A model generated the notes under the pieces. That model worked only from the letters and a program-made list of their open reading frames with translations. It made no database searches and was not told the DNA's origin. The position numbers and the translations under genes are program-made. This document shows positions 43,644 to 53,095 of a DNA stretch of 64,000 nucleotides, in pieces. The stretch is from Emiliania huxleyi CCMP1516 (Eukaryota). Location of the stretch: positions 372,001 to 436,000 of the forward strand of contig NW_005202113.1 in assembly GCF_000372725.1 (NCBI RefSeq), written 5' to 3'. Position 1 is the first letter of the stretch. Each line of letters begins with the position of its first letter.

Positions 43644-46600
43644 TCACTCCACACGCATGAGCCGGTAGACACAGTGGCCGAGCCCTCCGAACTCGACCAC
43701 GGCGCCCTCCGGGACGACGGTCGGCGCCGGCTTGGGGCCGTCGGCCGGTCGGCGCGGTCGACCCGGCACCCGCACGCCATTCACTGTGATGCCGTGCAGC
43801 GAGCACCTGTCCAGCGTCTGGAAGCCGCCGTCGGCGATCTCCACATCCCAGTAGGCTCCCACGCGTAGCTCCGCGTGGGAGCGGCTGATGGTCGACGTCC
43901 AGTTCCACGGCACGCCCTCGATGCGGACCCCGCGGCCGACGGCGACGGGGGAGCCGTCCATCGGGATCCCGATCCGCGACGGGGCGCCCTCGCACTTGCT
44001 TTCGCGAACCAGTACCAAGTGCCCTTGCGAGGCCCGGGCCAGTCGGCGAGCATCCGGGTGCCACGCGTCGTGCGTCAGGGCGAGCTGGATACTCTGCCGC
44101 GCCTGGGTGTGCTGCCCACGCCTCATCTCCTCGTAAGCACGCCCCATGACAGCAGCAGCGAGTACGTTCCCGCGGTTTGGGCGGGGCTGCCAATCGACAC
44201 CCGCACCCTCGGCCGGCTCAGCCGAGGGGAGCCCGGCCAGCGCGTCCTCGGCCGGCGCGTCCTCCGCCACCTCCATGTCGATGTCGGCTGCCGCGGCGCT
44301 GTCAGCCTGGTCGAGCTGCACGTTCACCACCTCCGCGTCCGCACCCTCGGCCGGCTCAACCGAGGGGAGTCCGTCCGGCGCGGCCTCCGCCACCTCCATG
44401 TCCATCGCGTCGGGGCTTGCGGTGCTGCCACCAGTCGGCTCCTGCGGCGGCTTGGTTTGGCTCGAGGGCGCCGCCTCCGAGCCCCCCGCCTCTTCCTGGC
44501 ACGCAGCCGCGATACCCGCTCTGGCCTTGACTGCAGTCTTGCGCGCCGGACGCTTGCCCGTCGCCCCATCTCCGCTGCTCTGCGGCTCGTCCGCGCCTCT
44601 TGCGCGCTTGGCGCCTTGCGTCGGCTTGTCAGCCGCTCGGCGCACGAGGACGTACGCGGCGGGTGGAGGGTCCGATGGCGAGGACGGCCGCGCCTGGATC
44701 CTCTCGCCGACTCGCACGGACACGTCTTGCGCTGCAACCTCGCCCGAGTTGAACAGGACGCCGCGCGTGTGGTCGTACCAGATGGTGCCGCCGCATGCGT
44801 CCGTCGCCTCGGGCGCAATCTTGATGAGTAGTCGCCGCTCGGGCGGCGCCGGTGTCAGCTCTGCTGCGAGGATGAGCGCGAAGGTGCCAGTGCCGGAGGA
44901 CGTGTCCGAGCTGAAGCCCGCTGGGCGAGACCAGCGGCGTTGCAGCTGCGGTGCGCTCAGGCCGGCGAGGCAGTGGCCGGGCACCTTGGCCACCTCGGCT
45001 ACCGCCGCCTCCCAGTCCTGGCGTCGCATCACGCCCTTACCGAGAGAGAGCTGATCGACGAGGCCCGCAATGGCGAAGTACATCTCGCTCTGCAGGGCCT
45101 CCCAAGATGCGGTGAAGACGTCGACGTGGGCGGCCAGATCAGGATACGATTTGTAGCGGCGGGAGAGGTATTGGGCCATCGCCTTTTCTGATGCGCAGTG
45201 CTTCACGTATACCGCGATCGACTTGTCCTTGCCGAGCCGCGCCCAGTCAGGGCCGCCACACTGAGGGCCGCCGCCGCGGCCTCGGAAGACCAGCGCTCCT
45301 GCCGCGTCGCGCTCCGTCAGCTTCTCCTCCAGCAGCTCGACAAGCGCACTTTCACCCGAGGCGACGCGCTTCGTTGCGAGGGTGAGCTGCCGGCGCGCCC
45401 CGCCGAGCTGCGGGATCGTGTAGGTGCCCTTCACGTCGAGCCGCGCCACCGTCTTCCCCTTGGGCGTAGAGGCGTTGTGCGTGTCCGCCAAGGCGTTGAA
45501 GGCGACGAGGACGGCCTCGGGGACGGGTGCGGCCGAGAGGCAGGTGAGCTGCCAGCGCGCGGCGGCGAGCTGCGCGACCGTGTAGCTGCGCTCGACGTCG
45601 AGCCGCGCCACCGTCATGCCCTTGGGCGCCGAGGCGTTGTGCGTGTCCGCCTCGGTGTTGAAGGCGACGAGGACGGCCTCGGGGACGGGTGCGGCCGAGA
45701 GGCGGGTGAGCTGCCGGCGCGCGGCGGCGAGCTGCGTGACCGTGTAGCTGCGCTCGACGTCGAGCCGCGCCACCGTCTTGCCCGGTGGCGCCGAGGCGTT
45801 GTGCGCGTCCGCCTCGGTGTTGAAGGCGACGAGGACGGCCACAGAGACGGGCTCGGCCGAGAGGAGGGTGAGCTGCCGGCGCGCCTCGCCGAGCTGCGTG
45901 ACCGTGTAGCTGCGCTCGACGTCGAGCCGCGCCACCGTCTTGCCCGGTGGCGCCGAGGCGTTGTGCGCGTCCGCCTCGGTGTTGAAGGCGACGAGGACGG
46001 CCACAGAGACGGGCGCGGCCGAGAGGCGGGTGAGCTGCTCGCGCGCTTTGGCGAGCTGCGTGACCGTGTAGCTGCGCTCGACGTCGAGCCGCGCCACCGT
46101 CTTGCCCGGTGGCGCCGAGGCGTTGTGCGCGTCCGCCTCGGTGTTGAAGGCGACGAGGACGGCCTCAGAGACGGGCGCGGCCGAGAGGCGGGAGAGCTGC
46201 CGGCGCGCGAAGGCGAGCTGCCGGTACGTGTACTTCTTTGTGGCGACGAGCGGCTGCACGCGCTTGTCCTCGGCCACCGTGGCGTTGTGCTTGAGCTGCG
46301 CCGCGATGACGGCCTTGATCAAAGCGGCAGTAGCTGTAGCCGTCCGCTTCTCCGACTTGGCGCCGTTGATGCACGCGAGGCGGCCGAAGCCGTGCCCGCC
46401 CAGCCCGTCGATCGACACTTTGCCGAGCTCGTCCAGCGTGATCGAGGACCGCACGCCGCCGGCGCTGTCGGTGAGGCGCTTCTTCTCAAGGCGCTCCACG
46501 GACCTTGCCCAGCTCGCGGCGGAGAAGGTGGCCTTGTAGGCGACCAGCGTCGCGACGATGGTTGGCGCGACGGAGCCGAGCACGTCCACGATGAGCTCCT

Positions 46601-47939
46601 CGAGCGCCGCCTGCACGTCGTCGCGCGGTGGCAGCGGGCTCGACGAGCCCCGCCACCACTCGGCCGCCGCGCCCACCGCCGCGACGGCGAGCTCCGAGTC
46701 GGCCAGGTTGCTCGAGTCCTCCTCGAGCGGGATGAGCCGAGCGCCGGCGAGAGCGAACAAGTTGCAGACATGTGGCACGCGTGCGAAGGCGACGCCGAGC
46801 TTCTCGAAGTCGTACAGCCACGCGTCGCTCGGCCCGATGCGGTGCGAGCTCGCAGCCCTCTTGCCGAGCAGCGAGGCGGCAGCGCTGCCGCCACCCACGA
46901 GGCCGTTGGAGTCCGAGAACGCGTACCACTCCACGATGGGCCTCGAGCCGAGGCTGCTGTCGGCGGCGGCGATGAACGCCGAGAAGACCGGCTCGAGCAC
47001 GAAGCGAATGATGTTGATGTGCGCAGCGCGGTCCGTGTGCTCCTTCGGCCCGAAGCAGTGAGGCCGAAGCGAGGCGGCGGCGCTGCCGGCGCCGCTGCCT
47101 GCCTCCGCCTCCTCGTCCTCGTCCTCGTCGTCCTCCTCGACCAGGTCCGGCCGCGGCGTGACGCCATTTGCGCGGCGCGACAGGAACAGCTCCCATCGGC
47201 AGTGGCACGTCGCCGTGTTCGCATTGAATCGAACGACGACGGCGTGGCTGCCGCACGTCGTCTTGTCGAAGAGAAGCGCGGCGTTGACCGCGGTCGTGGT
47301 TGACTTCTCTCCGTCCTGGTTGGAGGAAAAGAATGGGAGGGAGCGGTCGCCGTCGTAGATCAAGTTCCGAGCGCACTCTCCTTCGTGTACCACAAACTTG
47401 GCGCCACTGGCGAACGCCTCGTCGACCTGTGCCTGCGTCGCCTCTTTGATCTCGCGGCCGTCTGCAACGACTGATACTTGAACCATGGGAACGCCTTGGC
47501 GCGTCCCCGTCGCGAGGTGCTCTGCAATCCTCTGGACGCGGTCTTCGACGGCCGCGATCTCCGCAGGCGCGTTGAAGGCGGGGACGGCTCCGACTGGGCT
47601 GAAAACCAGGTTGTACCACGGCAGCGCGAGAAGCGACAGCCCAATCTCGTCCAGATCCGAGTCGGAGGCGGTGTCGAGGAAGGCCTGGCTGGCGGTCGAG
47701 AGTACAAGGCATGGGCTGTTGACGGCTGGGTCTTGGACGGAGCACAAGTGCTCGACTGCGGCCCGAAACGGGTGCAGATCTGGATACGTGTTCCGCACGG
47801 TGGTTGTCATGTGCTCAAAAGCCCGCTTGAGCTCCTCGCTTTTGCCTGCGGATTCGCATGGACGGCAAACCTTGCCCGCCGCAGCCGGCCACGAGTTTGC
47901 GACCCTCGATCGGGCGTCCGGGTCGTCCGGGCCGCACAC
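43644..47939 (-). CDS. Large protein with five 54-aa tandem repeats and a C-terminal FHA domain (start uncertain)
   Basis: 1431-codon ORF with high GC3. FHA motifs VAVGRG, TISRSHA, HGITVNG and VVEFGG at the C-terminus. Confidence 0.8.
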   Translation of the reverse strand: MCGPDDPDARSRVANSWPAAAGKVCRPCESAGKSEELKRAFEHMTTTVRNTYPDLHPFRAAVEHLCSVQDPAVNSPCLVLSTASQAFLDTASDSDLDEIGLSLLALPWYNLVFSPVGAVPAFNAPAEIAAVEDRVQRIAEHLATGTRQGVPMVQVSVVADGREIKEATQAQVDEAFASGAKFVVHEGECARNLIYDGDRSLPFFSSNQDGEKSTTTAVNAALLFDKTTCGSHAVVVRFNANTATCHCRWELFLSRRANGVTPRPDLVEEDDEDEDEEAEAGSGAGSAAASLRPHCFGPKEHTDRAAHINIIRFVLEPVFSAFIAAADSSLGSRPIVEWYAFSDSNGLVGGGSAAASLLGKRAASSHRIGPSDAWLYDFEKLGVAFARVPHVCNLFALAGARLIPLEEDSSNLADSELAVAAVGAAAEWWRGSSSPLPPRDDVQAALEELIVDVLGSVAPTIVATLVAYKATFSAASWARSVERLEKKRLTDSAGGVRSSITLDELGKVSIDGLGGHGFGRLACINGAKSEKRTATATAALIKAVIAAQLKHNATVAEDKRVQPLVATKKYTYRQLAFARRQLSRLSAAPVSEAVLVAFNTEADAHNASAPPGKTVARLDVERSYTVTQLAKAREQLTRLSAAPVSVAVLVAFNTEADAHNASAPPGKTVARLDVERSYTVTQLGEARRQLTLLSAEPVSVAVLVAFNTEADAHNASAPPGKTVARLDVERSYTVTQLAAARRQLTRLSAAPVPEAVLVAFNTEADTHNASAPKGMTVARLDVERSYTVAQLAAARWQLTCLSAAPVPEAVLVAFNALADTHNASTPKGKTVARLDVKGTYTIPQLGGARRQLTLATKRVASGESALVELLEEKLTERDAAGALVFRGRGGGPQCGGPDWARLGKDKSIAVYVKHCASEKAMAQYLSRRYKSYPDLAAHVDVFTASWEALQSEMYFAIAGLVDQLSLGKGVMRRQDWEAAVAEVAKVPGHCLAGLSAPQLQRRWSRPAGFSSDTSSGTGTFALILAAELTPAPPERRLLIKIAPEATDACGGTIWYDHTRGVLFNSGEVAAQDVSVRVGERIQARPSSPSDPPPAAYVLVRRAADKPTQGAKRARGADEPQSSGDGATGKRPARKTAVKARAGIAAACQEEAGGSEAAPSSQTKPPQEPTGGSTASPDAMDMEVAEAAPDGLPSVEPAEGADAEVVNVQLDQADSAAAADIDMEVAEDAPAEDALAGLPSAEPAEGAGVDWQPRPNRGNVLAAAVMGRAYEEMRRGQHTQARQSIQLALTHDAWHPDARRLARASQGHLVLVRESKCEGAPSRIGIPMDGSPVAVGRGVRIEGVPWNWTSTISRSHAELRVGAYWDVEIADGGFQTLDRCSLHGITVNGVRVPGRPRRPADGPKPAPTVVPEGAVVEFGGLGHCVYRLMRVE
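45380..46225 (-). repeat. 162-bp coding tandem repeat x5 (plus a degenerate sixth)
   Basis: GGCCGAGAGG anchors at 45531, 45693, 45855, ~46017 and 46179. Confidence 0.95.
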
Positions 47940-48014
47940 TTGGCAGCCTGAAGACGCGGGCGCGATACGGATGAGCGTGGGCGGGTGTGCTGGCAGTTTG
48001 CAGGCGTGCGGACC

Positions 48015-49145
48015 TTAGAAACGGGGGGAGGCCGGCGCGCACGAGCCGCTCGCCCTGCACGCACTCGTGGCGCGCTCCTCGCCGGCCGTCGGCTGGCCTC
48101 GGTTCTTTCCCCGCTCACCCGCGCCGCGGCCGGAGCAGCAGGCGGCGCTCTCGCTGGCATCCTTCGCGACTCTCGATCCAGCCGAGGAAGCGCCGCCGGA
48201 GGCAGCGCCGCCTGCGCCTGCGCCGCCGACTGCCGTCGCCGAGGGCCGTCCCGCCACCACCTCCTGGACGTGCTTCTTGAAGGCCTCGACGCACTCGGCG
48301 TTGTCCTTCTCCTTGGCCTGCTGCAGCGCCGTCTTGCCGCTCGCATTGCGCGTCGCTGTGTCTGCGCCCGCCCGCAGCAAGCGCCGCACGACGGCGGGGC
48401 GGTTGAAGAGGGCGGCGTACATCAGCGCGGTGCCGCCGCCGCTGTCCTGCAGGTTGAGCTCCGCGCCGTGCCGGAGCAGCAGCTCGACCACCCGCTCGTG
48501 GCCTTCGCCGGCGGCGAACGTCAGCGCGGTGCTGCCGTCGCTGTCCTGCAGGTTGATCGAAGCGCCACGCTGCAGCAGCGTCGCGGCCAGCAGCTCGTGG
48601 CCGTGGTGGGCGGCGTCCATCAGCAGCGTGAGGCCGCTCACGCCGCCTCTCTCGAACGTCGCGTTGACCCGCCCGCCACTGTCGATCCACGCCGGCACCG
48701 CCTCCTCTTCGCCTCGCTCAGCTGTCATGACCGCATCGGAGGCTGCCGCCTGCTGCGGCACCTCGACGCCGTTCATTTCTGGGCTCGAGGTGTAGCCCGC
48801 CGGCACGCCACCCTCTGTGAGACCGCCGGAAGGCGCCTCGTCAGCCGCCTCGCCATTCGCCTCGCCGGCCGCCGCTGGTGCAGCGCCGCGCGATGAGCAT
48901 CGCGGCGCGAGGTGAGCGTCGCGGTACGCGCTCAGGTCGACGTCAGTGGCTTTGCGGATGCGCCTCTTTTTCGGCGTCTTCGCGCCGACGGCATGCACGG
49001 AGAAGTGGTTCGAGAACGCGCCGGGCACACGCTGCCACTGCACCTGGACCTCCTTCCGTTTTTTGTCGACGTATGTGGCCTTGCCGATCTTCGTCGACCT
49101 GCCGGTGCCAATGGCGATCATACATCCCTTCTTTATGTCCTCCAT
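48015..49145 (-). CDS. Ankyrin-repeat protein with an N-terminal SH3/Tudor-like basic segment
   Basis: GLTLLMDAAHHGH, GSTALTFAAGEGHERVVELLLRHGA, GGTALMYAA and GKTALQQA. Confidence 0.85.
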   Translation of the reverse strand: MEDIKKGCMIAIGTGRSTKIGKATYVDKKRKEVQVQWQRVPGAFSNHFSVHAVGAKTPKKRRIRKATDVDLSAYRDAHLAPRCSSRGAAPAAAGEANGEAADEAPSGGLTEGGVPAGYTSSPEMNGVEVPQQAAASDAVMTAERGEEEAVPAWIDSGGRVNATFERGGVSGLTLLMDAAHHGHELLAATLLQRGASINLQDSDGSTALTFAAGEGHERVVELLLRHGAELNLQDSGGGTALMYAALFNRPAVVRRLLRAGADTATRNASGKTALQQAKEKDNAECVEAFKKHVQEVVAGRPSATAVGGAGAGGAASGGASSAGSRVAKDASESAACCSGRGAGERGKNRGQPTAGEERATSACRASGSCAPASPRF

Positions 49146-50609
49146 TTCGATCGAAGCGCCGAGGCAAGGCAAGAGAGAAACAAGACGGGGCGAGAATTTT
49201 TTCGGAGCAGCGGCGCGTGAGTTCAGGACTCACCGCCTTCAAATACCATCGCCAGGGCTCCGCCGCAGAGCCTCCTATGGTGGCGATGGCGAGGCTCCGC
49301 CTGCAGTCGCGTTGGTGCTGCAGCCCGTCACCCCTCGCTTTTTGTCAGCAAAGTATAGCGACCCGGCTGGACGGGCGCCGCACCGGTGATACGTAACGAC
49401 TGCAACCCAAAGGTTGGGAGATTGATCGCGCGGTTCCGACGAGCAGTGTTTCGTGGCTTCCCAACCCATGCCGCCGACGCGTGAACATCGTGCTGTGGTC
49501 GACTCTGTTGGCACCATCTGTCGAGCCGCCCCGCGAGGCAGTACGAAGTCCCTGACCGCAAAGGCGCGGGTGGACGGCGCTGATTAGATGGATTTGTACC
49601 ATGATGTGGCACAATGCGCCGCCCGACGCTTGTGTTGGCCTGCAAGCTGAAGACTGGAGAAGCGCGGGCGCACATTCCCCCTCCAGCGGCGCGCTGACTC
49701 GCACTGTGCTGCGCCGTGGACACCGCACGGCGTGCGACTTGGAGACGAGGCAGACGAGTGCGCAGCACGTGGGTGGAATCACATGTGTAATCGCGCATCG
49801 TCCGGCGTGCAAGTCGATCCAAGTCGATCCGTCCGTCCCACACTATTCTGGAGACTCCGGCCTGATGAACGAGCAACGAATTTTACGAGCTAAGAAATGC
49901 GTTTTTTTAGATGGTCGAGGATTGAACAAACAAAACTCAATCTCGCCCAGCAGACTGGCTCGACACAGGTGCGGACTGGCGCGTGCTTTCGCTTTGTTCC
50001 ACCCACTACTATGTGATTTCGTGTGTGAGCTCTGTGTCTTGCTTTGCCAACAACAAACCTGAAACACACGGCAAACCAATGGTCGAGAAAGAAACTTGCA
50101 CAGCGGGCCGCTCTCCGGGTGGTCTGTGGTGAGAGACCGGGGAGAGATCGTCCCTTCTGTCGCCCTTTGGTGTTTGGAGCGGACAAGAAATCAGTAGCGG
50201 AAGCGAGCCTGCCCCCGTGCCGAGAGGACCATAGCGACACTCTCTCTTAGACACGTTTCCTCTCTCTATTCTGCAGCGCAACGCGTTGCATCTTCGCGAG
50301 CGATTTCGAGCATGCGTGCGGCGTCGAGAGCGCGCCGGGGTCAGCAGCCCGCACAAACAGCTGGCGGACCAGCCACGCGTCCTCCACCACGCGAAGGTAG
50401 TACGGCGCCTCGGCCAGGCGGCGTGCAAACGAGGCCGGGTCGTCCACGTCGGCATCCTCGAGCACCGCCACGTTCGGGTACATGTTCAGCACGCGGGTAT
50501 CGGCGTTGTACGAGATGTAGTGAGGCGTGCTGTCGTCGCCCGCCTCAACCTGGCCAGGGGTCGCGACACGGGTTGACAAAAGCTAAACGGCGCCGCTGCA
50601 TAGTCTAGA

Positions 50610-50810
50610 TCAGCGCACCGCCGCCCTCGGCCGCCCCCGTGTCCACGTCAGACTGCCGAGCTCCTCCTCGAGGCGGATAGCGTGCCACTTGGTCTCGCCG
50701 TCGTCATACTGCACGAGGTGGAGCTCGTCGGCCGCGCTGAATTCCACGACGCTCCCCGAGAACGGCGTGGGGGTTCCCCGCTCGAGCCACGTGACGTCGA
50801 CCCTGCAACA
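50610..50810 (-). CDS. Tudor-like domain exon or fragment
   Basis: RVDVTWLE...FSGSVVEF....HLVQYDDGETKW. Confidence 0.55.
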   Translation of the reverse strand, partial: CCRVDVTWLERGTPTPFSGSVVEFSAADELHLVQYDDGETKWHAIRLEEELGSLTWTRGRPRAAVR

Positions 50811-50867
50811 CAGAGGGGTGACGGGAGGCTTATCGATACCTACCACCAGGAGGGCGGGGGAGGGGGG

Positions 50868-51435
50868 GCGAAACCGGAGGGCGGGCGGGCGGGCGCGCGC
50901 GCGGGCGATCTCGTCCGCCGTCGCACGCGCTCACACCATGAGTGCCACGGCGAGGCGCCTTGTGAGGGAGGTGCGGACCATCCCTCAGACGGTCCTCGCG
51001 CGATGGCGGCGTGACGCGGGAGACGGCCGGAGCGAGAGGGGAGGGCGAAGCCGGAGGGAGGGCGGGCGGGCGGGCGCGCGCGCGGGCGATCTCGTCCGCC
51101 GTCGCACGCGCTCACACCATGAGTGCCACGGCGAGGCGCCTTGTGAGGGAGGTGCGGACCATCCCTCAGACGGTCCTCGCGCGATGGCGGCGTGGCGCGG
51201 GAGACGGCCGGAGCGAGAGGGGAGGGCGAAGCCGGAGGGCGGGCGGGCGGGCGGGCGAGGCGCGCGGGCGAGATCTCGTCCGCCGTCACACGCGCACACA
51301 CCATGACTGCCACGGCAAGGCGCCTTGTGAGGGAGGTGCAAACCATCCCTCAGACGGTCCTCGCGCGATGGCGGCGTGGCGCGGGAGACGGCCGGAGCGA
51401 GAGGGGAGGGCGAAGCCGGAGGGCGGGCGGGCGCG
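50868..51435. repeat. ~182-bp tandem repeat x3
   Basis: CACCATGA anchors at ~50934, ~51115 and ~51299; units near-identical. Confidence 0.92.
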
Positions 51436-51507
51436 ATGGGGTGCGAGCGGGCGTCGAGGGTGGGGCGCGGACGCGCCTGGCGCCAACCGCCTCGGCTCCG
51501 TACGGCA

Positions 51508-52153
51508 TCAGCTTGCCCGTTGTCTCGGTGCGGTCGTAGTAGACCAAGATGCCGAACACACCCTATTCAAGGCTGGAGACACCCATTCGGACCGGAGACG
51601 TTGACGGGTGGCGCGCGAGCGGCTGCGCACCGTTGTGCGGCCAAAGATATCGGACGCGCGTCGCAGTCCGCCCGTCGGCGAGGCGAACAAAAAGGCGGTG
51701 CCCAGCCCGCTGCTTGCCGCGAACGCCTCGTTGAGGTCTATGAAAAGCATCGAGTTCACCGAGGGGTCCGGGCTGACCTCTTGGCGGACGATGCCGAGCT
51801 GCTCGAGGCTCAGCGTCGTTGTGGTCTCGAGCAGGGCCTGCCCGCACGTCGCGCTGCCCGACGGCACCGGCCGGCATCCGTCGGTGACAAACGGGACGAG
51901 ACCCTTGGAAAGCGTGAGCGCCCGAGGCTCCACGGGTCTCAGCACTCCCTCGCGCCGCAGCCGCTCGTAGTCAAAGTCGAAGCTGCGCAGCGGGATATCA
52001 CACGCTCCGCCCGGGCGCCCCCAGCCGCGCCTGAAGCGGGTGCGCCCCGTCTGCTTGTTTTTGTAGCCCGCCTTTGTGAAGACAGTGCCAGCCGAACTAG
52101 CCCACGTCTGCCTCAGCCGCGCCCCCTCCGTGCGGGGCCGAGCCGCCGCCCTC

Positions 52154-52190
<37 letters not shown>

Positions 52191-52728
52191 TCGACGCCGC
52201 TCGGGTGCCCGGGCCTGACCGCCGCGATGCCGCGGGCAGCCTGCTCGCCCGCCTCTGGAGGAGCCTCTCGGAAGCCTCCGAGCCGAGCGGGACCTGCCCA
52301 CGGGCGGCCGCTCGCTTCTCCCTCTCCGCCTGATTGCGGTCCTGAGGCATGGCCGGCGGGTCGCTAAGCGTCACGCGCGCACGCGCGGCACCGTCGACGA
52401 TGGCGGCGGCGGTCAGCTCTGGCTCGGCTGGAGCACTGTGATCGGCGTCGAGCTCGGCCCGCCGCATTGGCGCCGGCTGAGTGCAGTAGCGCCGGCCGGG
52501 TGGCTTCCGTCGCTGGACCATGCTGAAGCCGTCGCGATCGTGGAAGCGGCAACATGACGCGCAGTAGAGGTGCTGGCCGTCGGTCTTGGTCTCCACAAAG
52601 GAGGCGGTGAGGTTCGCGGAGAGCATCGCGCTCGTTCCGAGCGGGAGGATCCGAGCGCGAAAAACAAAAGAATTTGCGTCGTTCGCAGCATACTCACGGG
52701 CGAGCATCGTGTTCGGTGAGTGCTGCAC
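51508..52728 (-). CDS. Hypothetical protein with an Stc1-like zinc-finger motif
   Basis: LYCASCCRFHDRDGFSMVQRRKPPGRRYC (CxxC..FSxxQ..RxC). The 3' structure is unclear. Confidence 0.45.
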
Positions 52729-53095
52729 GATTTTTTCTTTGTTTTCTATTTAGTTATTCCCCCCTCAACCATTTGTCGGGTTGAGGCCTCCGGGGCCTAT
52801 TCACAGGCTCGAGCGTGATCACAAGATAAACTGCGAAGAGCCTGCCGCCAAAAAATCGCTCTGAGTAGATTGTTTTTTCCCTGAATAGTTATCAAAGAGC
52901 CCGGGGTGGATGTTAGCTCGGGCAAATTCCACGCCAGGTTTCTCTTTGCAAAAAAACAAAAGATGCACCCCTGGTGCGAATGGGGTGCCTGCCCTCTCTC
53001 GGCGAACGCATTCGCGGCATCGCGGCTGCATCATCGCAAATGGCCTGTCTGCTCGTCGACGGCACGACCCAACCTCGCACGCGACGCACGCCAGC

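Noticed and set aside
45198..47303. 701-aa plus-strand ORF (and similar ones at 28102, 34676 and 19014)
   Set aside because: These are antisense shadows of codon-biased genes on the opposite strand.
50868..51435. CRISPR-like regularly spaced repeats
   Set aside because: Whole units are duplicated with no variable spacers, and there are no cas genes.
43270..52977. CACC...GGTG termini of a large DNA transposon around the FHA/ankyrin block
   Set aside because: Only weak similarity beyond 4 nt, and no TSD.
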